From NCBI RefSeq assembly GCF_004010195.1, contig NC_057718.1, forward strand, positions 4,086,958 to 4,148,957: a DNA stretch of 62,000 nucleotides, written 5' to 3'. The DNA is from Chiloscyllium plagiosum. Its lineage: Eukaryota. The notes under the pieces were generated by a model. The model worked only from the letters and a program-made list of their open reading frames with translations, did no database searches and was not told the DNA's origin. How positions within the stretch are numbered: position 1 is the first letter of the stretch; each line of letters opens with the position of its first letter. The position numbers and the translations under genes are program-made. Below are positions 13,405 to 23,354 of this stretch, one piece after another.

Positions 13405-13912
13405 CAAAGATTGTGTGTTAGGTGAACTGGCCATGCTAAAAATTGCCCGCAGAATCTAGTGGTGTGCAGGTTAGGTGAGTTAGCCATGTTAAAAACCCCA
13501 TGAAGGGATTGGGTGTGATGCTCTTCACAGAATCGGTATAAACTCAATGGGCTGAATAGTCTCTTTCTGCATTGTAATCATAGAATCCCTATGATGAAAA
13601 ACACCATTCATCCCATTGCGTCTGCACCAACTCTATGAAAAGCAGCTAGCCCCCTATGCCATCCTTGTAACCCCCGCGTTTGCCATGACTAATCCACCTA
13701 GCGTGCACATCCCCGGACGCCATGGGAAATATAGCATGGCCAAACAACTTAACCTGCACACCTTTGGATTATAGAAGGAAACCGGAACACCCAAAGGAAA
13801 CACTTGCAGACATGGGGAGATGTGCAAACTCCACACAGGCAGTCACCCAAGGTTGGAATCAAACCTGGTGCTGTGAGGCTGCAGTGCTAACCATTGGGCC
13901 ACCGTGCTGCCC
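13405..13912. mobile_element. HE1-type SINE copies (partial plus copy, then fuller minus copy about 13580-13912)
   Basis: Minus copy begins gggcagcacggtggcccaatggttagcactg (tRNA-like A box) with B box-like ggtttgattcc. Confidence 0.85.
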
Positions 13913-14238
13913 ATAAGGATTCTATTTGTTGACATGTCCCTAATCCACTTATTCAGAGATTTTATGACAAACTTCTGGAGCAGGTGGGATTTAAACTGAG
14001 ACCCCTGGTTCAGAGATAGGGACACTACCACTGCACCGGAGTGATTTATGTCAGGCTCAGGCATGAATACTATATGCACATTGTTCATCCTTTGGGTGAA
14101 CAGTGTCAGAGGACAGGGATCCACACACATAGAACTACTTTAATCACCATCATGTTGATCCATAATCTCTAATTTTGTTTTTCCATTATACCTCCCTGTA
14201 TCCTTGTTACCAGTGGTAAACTTATCACAGACACTCAC

Positions 14239-14379
14239 CCTTATGGAAAGGGGCCACTGAGTTCTTTGTGTCAAATCCACACAACAAATATTTGATGAAA
14301 ATAATCCCATTTTCCAGCTTTTGGCCCACTGACAATACAAGTGAATATCTAAGTGTTGCTTCAATCCAGATCTCACTGT
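14239..14379 (-). CDS. Gene A exon 4 (141 nt, symmetric): TVRSGLKQHLDIHLYCQWAKSWKMGLFSSNICCVDLTQRTQWPLSIR in phase 0
   Basis: Acceptor ctctcccaaccttacag, strong donor AGG|gtgagt; unique sequence; a second frame (phase 1) is also open, phase 0 chosen because flanking exons require it. Confidence 0.7.
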
Positions 14380-14430
14380 CTGTAAGGTTGGGAGAGTCAG
14401 AAGCCCTCATTATTTAGATACGCACTTGAG

Positions 14431-15100
14431 ATTGAGAGGAAGTGTGGACTGCAGATGTTGGAGAGTCAGAGTCAAAAGGTGAGGTGCTGGAAAAGTGCTG
14501 CAGGTCAGGCAGCATCCAAGGAGCAGGAGAGATGATGTATTGGGCATAAGCACCATTATCAGAAATGTGGAGCTGGAAAGGGGGTGCTGAGAGATAAATA
14601 GGAGGGTGGGGGTAGGGCTGTGGTAGATTAGATTCCCTACAGTGTGGAAACAGGTCCTTCGGTCCAACAAGTCCACATCGACCCTCCAAAGAGTAACCCA
14701 CCCAGACCCATTTCCCTTTGACTAAGGTACCTAACACTATGGGCAATTTAGTATGGCCAATTCACCTGACCTGCACATCTTTGGACTGTGGGAGCACCCA
14801 GAGGAAACCCACGCAGATAAGGAGAGAATGTGCAAGTTCCACACAGACAGTTAGCCAAGGTTGAATCGAACTCAGGTCCCTCACGCTGTGAGGCAGCAGT
14901 GCTAACCACTGAGCTACCATGTTAGAGGTAGTTGGGAAGGTGATAGGTAGATGAAGGTGGGGGTGTGACTATGAGAGATCATTGGAAAGGGTGGAGCGGA
15001 TGGGTGGGAAGGAAAATGGACAGGTAGGACAGATTAAGAGAGGTATGATGAGTTGAAGGGTCGGATCTGGGATCGGTTGGGGGAGGAGAGATTTGGAAAA
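14431..15100 (-). mobile_element. Penelope-like pLTR fragment with an HE1 SINE inserted (14625-14921, minus)
   Basis: gtgctggaaaag...caggtcaggcagcatccaaggagcagg motif shared with 35575-35660; SINE matches other HE1 copies. Confidence 0.8.
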
Positions 15101-15109
15101 AGAAACAAA

Positions 15110-18100
15110 ACAAACATAGAAAATTACAGCACAAGGAAAGGCCTTTCGGGCCTTACAAGCCTGGGCCGATCTAGATTCTCTATTGAAACCTAATGCCTAT
15201 TTTCTAAGGATCTGTATCCCTTTGCTCCCTGCCTATTCATGTATCTATCGAGATATATCTTAAATGATGCTATCGTGCCCACCTCGGCCACGTCCGCTGG
15301 TAACACGTTACAGGCCCCCACCACCCTCTGCGTAAATAACTTTCCAAGTATATCTCCCTAAACATTTCCCCCTCACTTTGACCTCGTGACCCCTAGTTAT
15401 TGAGTCCCCCACTTTGGGAAAAAGCTTCTTACTATCCATCCTGTCTATACCTCTCATGATTTTTAGACCTCAATCAAGTCCCCACTCAACCACCGTCTTT
15501 CTAATGAAAATGATCCTAATCTACTCAACCTCTCTTCGCAGCTAGCACCCTCCATACAAGGTAACATCCTGGTGAACCTCCTCTACACCCTTTCCAAAGC
15601 ATCCACTTCCATTTAGTAATGTGGTGACCAGAACTGTACACAGTATTCCAAATGTGGCAAACTGTAACATGACCTGCCAACTCTTGTATGCAATATTTCG
15701 TCCAATGAAGAAAAGCATGCCATATGCCTTCTTGACCACTCTATTGACTTGCGTTGTTACCTTCAGACCTGAACGCCCAGATCTCTTTGTACATCAACTT
15801 TCTGCAGGACATTTCAATTTACGATATAGTTCGCTCTTGATCTGGATCTTCCAAAATGCATCACCTCTGCATTTGCCTGGATTGAACGGCACCTGCCTTT
15901 TCTCTGCCCAACTCTCCAATCTATCTATATTCTGCTGTATTCTTTGACAGTCCCCTTCACTATCTGCTACTCCACCAATCCTTGTGTCATCTGCAAACGT
16001 GCTATTTAGGCCACCTATACCTACCTTCAAATTAATTTATGTATATCACAAACAACAGTGGTCTCAGCATGGATCTCTCTGGAACAACACTGGTCACAGA
16101 TCTCCATTTTTTGAAACTCCCTTCCACTATTTCTTTCTGTTTCCTGTTGTCCAGCCTGTTCTCTATCCACTTCGCTCGTATATCCTGGACCCCATGAGAC
16201 TTTACCTTCCATGGGGAACCGAATCAAACGCCTTACTAAAGTCCATGTATGTGACATCTACAGCCCTTTCCCAATCAATCAACTTTATCACTTCCTCAAA
16301 TAATTCTATTTGGTTTGTAAGACATGACTTTCCCTGCACAAAACCATGCTGCCTATCACTGATAAGCCCATTTTCTTCCAAATGGGAATAGATCCTATCC
16401 CTCAGTTTCTTCTCCAGCAACTTTCCTATCACTGACAGCAAGCTCACCAGTCTATAATTACATGGATTATCCTTGCTACCCTTTTTAAACAAGAGGACAA
16501 GATTAACAATTCCCCAGTCCTCTGGGACTTCACACATGTTCAAAGATGCTGCAAAGATATCTGTTAAAGCCCCAGCTATTTCCTCTCTCACTTCCCTCAG
16601 AAATCTGGGATAGATCCCATCCAGATCTACGGACTTGTCCACCTTAATGTCTTTTAGAATACCCAACACTTCTGCCCTCCTTATGCTAATTTGACCTAGA
16701 GTACTCAAAGATCTATCCCTAACCTCAACATTCGTCATATCCCTCTCCTCGGTGAATATCGATGCAAAGTACTCATTAAGACCCTCACCTATTTTCTCTG
16801 ACTCCAAGCATAACTTCCCTCCTTTGTCCTTGAGTAGGCCGACCCTTTCCCTAGTTATCCTCTGACTCCTTACATATAAATAAAAGGCTTTGAGATTTTC
16901 CTTAAACCTGTTTGATAAAGACATCTCATGGCCCCTTTTAACCTTCTTAATTCCTCATTTCAGATTGGTGTTTTCTTCCCGATATTCTTCCAAAGCTTTG
17001 TCTGTCTTCAGTCGGCTAGACCTTATGTACACTTCCTTTTTCCTTTTGGCTAGTCTCACAATTTCACATGTCATCCATGTTCCCTAACCTTGTCATTTTT
17101 CTCCCTCATTTCCACAGGAACAGACCTCTCCTGAACTCTAATCAAACTCTCTTTCAAAGCCTCCCACATATTGAACGTGGATTTACCTTCAAACAGCTGT
17201 TCCCAATTCACATTCTCCAGCTCCTGCTGAATTTTGCTCTAGTTGACCTTCACTCAGTTTATCACTCTTCCTTTTGGACCACTCTCGTCTTTGTCCCTGA
17301 GTATTCTAAAATTTACGGAATTGTGATCACTATTCCCAAAGCAATCTCCTACTGAAACTTCAAATACCTGGCCGGACTCATTTCCCAACACCAGGTCCAG
17401 TATGGCCCCTTCTCGAATTGGACTATTTACACACTGCTTCAGAAAACCCTCCTGGATGCTCCTTACAACTTCTGTTCCATATAGACCTCCAATACTAAGT
17501 GAATCCCAGATTAATGTTGGGAAAATTAAAATCTCCTATCACCACCACCCTGTTGCTCCTATATCTTTGCATGATCTGATTACATATTTGGACCTATAGC
17601 TCATGCTCGCTGGAGGGAGCTCTGCAGTACAGCCCCAACATTGTTACTGCACTCTTCCTATTTCTGAGCTCTACCCATAATGCCTCACTGCTCGAATCTT
17701 CCATAGTGCCCTCCTTCAGCACAGCTTTGATATTTTCTTTGACCTGTAATGCAACTCTTCCATCCCTTTTATCTCCCTCTCCATCCCACCTGACATCCTG
17801 GGATATTTTGTTCCCATTAATGCCCTTCCCTCAACCAAGTCTCGGTAATAAGAATAACATCATATTCCCAGGTACTAATCCAAGCCATAAATGGGCGGCA
17901 CGGTGGCACAGTGGTTAGCACTGCTGCCTCACAGCGCTAGAGACCCAGGTTCAATTCCTGCCTCAGACGACTGACTGTGTGGAGTCAGCACGTTCTCCCT
18001 GTGTCTGTATGGATTTCCTCCCACAGGTCAGGTGAATTGGCCATGCTAAATTGCTTGTGGTGTTAGGTAAAGGGGTAATGGGTCTGGGTGGGTTGTGGTT

Positions 18101-19560
18101 CGGTGTGGACTTGTTGGGCCGAAGGGCCTGTTTCCACACTGTAAGTATTCTAATTCAAAAAAAATCTAATTCCAATTCATCTGCCTTACTCACTACACTT
18201 CTTACATTAAAACAAATGCACTTCTGAGTTCATCATCTGCTCCCTGCTGCCTCTTTCCCTTAGTCACACTGACTTCATTATCTAATTCCTTACAGGCTTT
18301 AGTTATCACCTCTTTACTGCCCACTAACCTCCTCATTTGGATCCCACCTCCTTGCCACATTAGTTTAAACCCTCCCTAACAGCATTAGCAAAAGCACACC
18401 CTAGGACTTTGGGTCCAGTTTGGCCCAGGCGTAGACCGTCCAATTTGTAATAGCCCCACTCTCCCAGAACTGGTCCCAATGTCTGAAAAATCTGAACCCC
18501 TCCCTCCTGCACCACCTCTCAAGCCATGCATTCAGCCTGCATTCTATCATTCCTACTCTGACTAGTGTGTGGCACTAGTAGCAATTTTGAGATTACTACA
18601 TCTGAGGTCCTATGTTTTAACATGACTCCTAACTCCCTAAACTCTGCTTGTCGGACCTCATCCTGTTTTCTGCCTATATCGTTTGTGCCTATATGCACCA
18701 TGAAAACTGGCTGTTCACCCTTCCTCTTGAGAATTTTCTGCAGCCGATCCAACACATCCCTGACCCGTGTACCTGGGAGGCAATATGCCATGCAGGAGTC
18801 TTGTTTTTGACCACAGAACTCACCTATCTACTCCCCTCACAAGTGAATCCCCTGTGACTATTGCCCTTCCATTCTTTTTCTGCTTGTCTCTGCAGCAGAG
18901 CCAGCCACAGTGCCATGAACCTGGCTACTGCTGCCTTCCCTTGGTGAGCCATCTCCCCCACCAGTATCCAAAACAGTGTACCTGTTTTGGAAGAGGATGA
19001 CTGCAGGGATACCTGCACTGCCTTCCTGCTCTTTCTCTGCCTTTTGGTCACCCATTCCCTTTCCCCCTTTGCAATCCTAATCTGTAGTGTGACCAATTTG
19101 CTAAACATGCTATCCATGACCCCCTCAGTATCATGTATGCTCCAGAGTGAGTTCATCTGCAGCTCCAGAGCCATCATGTGGTCTAAGAAGAGCTGCAGCT
19201 GGACATACTTCCTGCACATGAAGGAGCTAGGGACATCAGCTGCATCCCTGAGCTCCCACATTGAGCAAGAGGAGCATAATACCGGTCTGAGCTTTCCTGC
19301 CATTTTTAATCTTAAACCTAACTTAATCTTAATTTAGATAAACAAAAAAGGAAAAAAAAATGTTTTTACCAATCACACAATAAAATTTTAAAAATGAAAT
19401 GCAAAATCCTTACCATATCAACTCACCACAGAGTCATTTTTTTGGTTAGAGGAGGAGGACAGGTAGGAGACACTACGCCTAGAGTATCTCAGGTTCAGCC
19501 ACTGCCCAAATATATCAGTTTACTCACCTTCCCAGTGCACAATTCAACCGCTCCTATTCA
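15110..19560 (-). mobile_element. Near full-length decayed CR1 LINE
   Basis: ORF1 Cys motif CSSCSMWE...CRK and coiled coil (18824-19303), esterase CLPG/HIGTNDIG (18519-18791), RT 16202-16924 (HGFVQGKSCLTN, YMDFSKAFD), FADDT, 3' tail. Confidence 0.92.
17893..18170 (+). mobile_element. HE1-type SINE nested in CR1
   Basis: gggcggcacggtggcacagtggttagc (A box), ggttcaattcc (B box), CR1-like tail. Confidence 0.9.
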
Positions 19561-19679
19561 GCTCCTCACTGCTGCAAATGGAGGCCTGTTCCTCAGGGTA
19601 AGTCCCTTTGAAGTGGGAAATTTACCTTCCCAGCAACTCCTGGTACTCTCTCTCTCTCTCTCGCCTCGCTGCTCCCAAA

Positions 19680-20150
19680 AATGGAAACTAATAAAGTTGA
19701 TGTTGAAGGGTCCCCCAAGGCAGAAAATGAGGTGTTCTTCCTTCAGGTGTCAGGCGGTTTGAATTTGGCAATGGAGAAAGCCCAGGACTTGCATGTCCTC
19801 GGTGGAGTGGGAGGGGGAGTTGAAGCAGTTGGCCACAGGGCAGTGGGGTTGTTGGGTGCATCTGTACCAGAGATGTTCCCAAACAGTTCCACGAGTTGGC
19901 GTTCTGTCTCCTCAATGTAGAGGAGACCACTTTGAAAGCAACGAGCACAGTAGATGATGTGGGTGGATGTGCAGGAGAATCTCTGCTGGATGTGAAAAGA
20001 TGTTGTGGGACCTTGGGCAGAGATGAGGGGGGAGTGTGTGCACAGGTTTTACACCTCTTGTGGTGGCAAGGGAAGGTGCTAGGAGGGGACAGTGCATTGG
20101 TGGGATATGTGGACCTAACGAGGGAGCCATGGAGGGAAACGTCTCTGCGA
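19680..20150 (-). mobile_element. Penelope-like GIY-YIG remnant
   Basis: Reverse complement is homologous to 36334-36760 (ggcaccttcccttgccacc...ctcctctacattgaggagac...). Confidence 0.8.
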
Positions 20151-20312
20151 TTAATTTACAAACAATACCTCTTATATTCACATCCAATTCATAATTCATC
20201 AGTTAAGATCTCATTGAAAGGTAGAGAGACTTGATAGGCTGAATGTCTTCCTCCTCCTGCTTCTATTAGCTATCATCCTATATTCTGGTATGTTGCCTCA
20301 AAACAACACCAG

Positions 20313-20313
<1 letters not shown>

Positions 20314-20343
<30 letters not shown>

Positions 20344-20523
20344 TATACACGTACACAGACACACACACACACCACAACACACACACTCGAACCCACACAC
20401 ACACACAGATGCACACTCACACAGACACACCCACACACCCACACACACTCACACACACTCACTCACACACACTCACACACACACACACACAGGCACACAG
20501 ACACACACACACACACACACACA
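20314..20523. repeat. Imperfect (CA)n microsatellite, about 210 bp
   Basis: Directly visible. Confidence 0.97.
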
Positions 20524-20543
20524 TGTAAATACATGTTGACTAC

Positions 20544-20672
20544 CTCATTCCTTTCTTCAAACATAAAGTGACATTTGTGGCTTTTGATTTCAATAACATA
20601 ATCCCCTGTTCTGCAAACTTTCAAATATGATGTGACCATCATCATCATTTCTTCTTCTGTCTTATTAATATC
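20544..20672 (-). CDS. Gene A exon 3 (129 nt, phase 0-0): DINKTEEEMMMMVTSYLKVCRTGDYVIEIKSHKCHFMFEERNE
   Basis: Acceptor gatttctatgtcag, donor GAG|gtagtc (weak); only phase 0 is open; unique sequence. Confidence 0.65.
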
Positions 20673-21149
20673 CTGACATAGAAATCACCAGAAATCCCTG
20701 CAGATTTATTTATCTCCAATCCCAAAGCTTACTTCATTTCTTAAAATTTAATAAGTCCAATTTTTTTGTCTTGATTGGCCTGTAAGGTTTTCAATGAGCT
20801 ACCTGTCTATTTCCTCTTTATTCACCATCGTCTAAATCTGTCCTTCTTGGGTCCATTCATCCAACTAAGTCACTTATTTTCTCTTAAAATAATTAAAAGA
20901 AAGTTTTTATATTGTACACAAGCCTTTTATTTGGCATTCATCTTCATACTTACTGTGAATCCATAAGAGCAAAAGATACAGAAGCAGAATTCATTCCTTT
21001 GGCCCATCAAGTCTTATCTGCCATTTGATCATGGCTGATCTGTCTTTTAACCCTATTTTCCCCTCGATGGCAATGAGATTCACTATCATCTGGCACCATC
21101 TCATCTCTTTCTTACTTTTTTATCTTTTCTTTACGCTGTCTCTGTTTCT

Positions 21150-21945
21150 TGTGAAATCCGGGCAAATACGAGGTGATGCATTTTGGAAGATCCAGTTCAA
21201 GAGCGAACTATATGGTAAATTGAAAATGCCCTGGGGAAAATTGATGTACAGTGAGATCTGGGTGTTCAGGTCCATTGTTCCCTGAAGGTGGCAACGCAGG
21301 TCAGTAGAGTTGTCAAGAAGACATATGGCATGCTTTCTTTCATTGGACAGGGTATTGAGTACAAGAGGTACAGTTGTATAAGACTTTGGTTCAGCCACAT
21401 TTGGAATACTATGTACAGTTTTGGTTGCCACATTACAAAAGGATGTGGATGCTTTGGAGAAGGTACAGAGCAGTTTAACTAGGATGTTGCCTGGTATGGA
21501 GTGTGGTAGCTATGAAGAGAGGTTGAGTAAATTCGGATCATTTTCATTAGAAAGACAGAGGTTGGGGGGGGGACTTGATTGAGGTCTACAAAATCATGAA
21601 AGTTATAGACAGCGTGGATAGCAAGAAGCCTTTTCCCAAACTGGGGGATTCGATTACTAAGGATCACAAGTTCAAAATGAGAGGGAAAAAGTTTAGGGGA
21701 GATATTGGTGGGAAGTTCTTCAAGCAGATGGTGGTGGGTGTCTGGAACGTGTTGCCAGCAGAGGTGGTAGAGGCGGGCACGATAGCGTCATATAAGATGT
21801 ATCTAGACAGGTACATGATTGGGCAGGGTGCAGACCCTTAGAAAATAGGCGACAAGTTTCCTTAGAGGATCTGGATCAGCGCAGGCTTGAAGGGCTGAAG
21901 GGCCTGTTCCTGTGCTGTAATGTTCTTCGTTCTTTCTTTGTTCTA
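21150..21945 (+). mobile_element. 5'-truncated CR1, same subfamily as 15110-15890 and inverted relative to it
   Basis: IEVYKIMK...VWNVLPAEVVEAGTI; shared distinctive tail ccttagaaaataggc. Confidence 0.9.
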
Positions 21946-21994
21946 CCGTATTAATATTACCTTGACCTCAGAGATAGTGCCTATTGTCTGTTAC

Positions 21995-22026
21995 CTCATG
22001 GCGTGATTGTTCATCAAAAGTCTGCA
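21995..22026 (-). CDS. Gene A exon 2 (32 nt, phase 1-0): (V)QTFDEQSRHE
   Basis: Acceptor ccagctgttttag, donor GAG|gtaaca; bridges phase-1 leader to phase-0 exon 3; begins TGCA like the paralog's exon 2. Confidence 0.6.
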
Positions 22027-22299
22027 CTAAAACAGCTGGATGACTTCTCAACCTGCAATTGAGATTATTTCTCTCCAAATGTACTCGTCTCCCACATGCT
22101 AATGACTGACCTGTGCTGCTCAGTGTCAAATCTCACACTGTACTTACCCATTGAATCATAGAAACTCTAAGTGAGATTTCAGTTTGAGAACAAAAGAAAA
22201 GTGATGACAAAATACCCAACTCATACACTTCTGTCTGACCCGTGAATCAATCTCCAAAACACAATGAAAACGAAAAGCCAGTCCTGGACATTTACTTAC

Positions 22300-22351
22300 C
22301 CACTACGAGACAAAGGGTCAGAGTCAGGGTTGAGAATGTCCAGCCAAACAT
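22300..22351 (-). CDS. Gene A leader exon CDS (52 nt, phase 1): signal peptide MFGWTFSTLTLTLCLVV
   Basis: ttgaaATG start, hydrophobic 17 codons, consensus donor G|gtaagt; clear paralog at 54385-54436. Confidence 0.8.
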
Positions 22352-22444
22352 TTCAAGTGAAGCTATGTTTCAAATTCTAAAGTCTAACTGTTTCACACGC
22401 AGAATGCTGTGACACTGCTGATATTGCAGAGGTGGCTGAATTTG

Positions 22445-22545
22445 ACTCTACTTCCCTACTCAGTTGTCACGGCTTGAACACAAACCGCAAAAAGAGGAAT
22501 GCATGCGTAATTGGGACTGTCCTCAGAAAACAAGTCACCAATCAG
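22445..22545 (-). promoter_or_regulatory. Candidate proximal promoter of gene A with RUNX, PU.1/ETS and CCAAT motifs
   Basis: aaaccgca directly next to aaagaggaa (22482-22499), acttccct (22450-22457), ccaatca (22538-22544); motif match only. Confidence 0.4.
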
Positions 22546-22832
22546 TGTCAAAGCAATGAAATGAATTTGTACTGATCATACCCAAATGCCTTTCATTTGA
22601 ATTCAGGGACCCACGCTATTGTCAAAATTCATAGGCTCTGTGTTAGCTTTAGTCTGGGCTCTGACAGATTACACAAAGAGGGATCCAGGTTATAAGTGAT
22701 TAGAAAGTTGTTTATTAGTCTGTGAGAAAGTAACAGCTCAAGCATATATCAAAGGTAAATGAGCAGGAGAGGTTGTTCCACCTGGGTCAGGTGAGTATGG
22801 GTTAACTGGGTGGGCACACACACTGCTGTATG

Positions 22833-23172
22833 GGCAGGGGTGGTGATGGCCTCATGGTATTATCGCTGGACTGTTAATCCAGATAGCCAGGTCATGTTCT
22901 GGGGACCCAGGTTCGAATCCTGCTTTGGCAGGTGTTTGAATTTGAATTCAACAAAAATCTGGAATTAAGAGTCTAATAATGACAATGAATTCAATTGTTG
23001 GGAAAAACCCATCCGGTTCACTAATGTCCTTCAGGAGAGGAAACTACCATCCTTACCTGTTCTGGTCTATATGTGACTCCAGACCCACAGTAATGTGGTT
23101 AACTCTTAGGGATAGACAATAAATACGGGCCTTGCCAGTGATGTCCTCATCCCATGAATGAATCAAAAAAAA
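22833..23172 (+). mobile_element. tRNA-derived SINE (second family) whose tail matches the L2/CR1-group LINE
   Basis: A box-like tggcctcatggt, B box ggttcgaatcc, tail caataaatac...catcccatgaatgaatcaaaaaaa. Confidence 0.8.
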
Positions 23173-23354
23173 GTCTGGAGATCCCTGGCAGTGCAGCAGT
23201 CTGCTCTCTCACAGTGAATGTTACAAAGCCTTCTCTCCCAACCCAATCCTCCATCTTCCAACAACTGTTTTTGGGCAGATTCAGCCCAATGACAAGGATT
23301 CAGCCCTCCAATCCCCAAGCACCTGCTAATGTACAAATATCCAAAGGACAGTAC

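Noticed and set aside
16202..16924. Functional reverse transcriptase gene
   Set aside because: Fragment of a CR1 ORF2 broken by stops and frameshifts; no intact TE ORF exists in the window
17893..17965. tRNA gene
   Set aside because: A/B boxes are the head of an HE1 SINE, followed by SINE body and tail; same for 37255 and 22845
20290..20571. His/Thr-rich 93-aa ORF
   Set aside because: Translation of the (CA)n microsatellite
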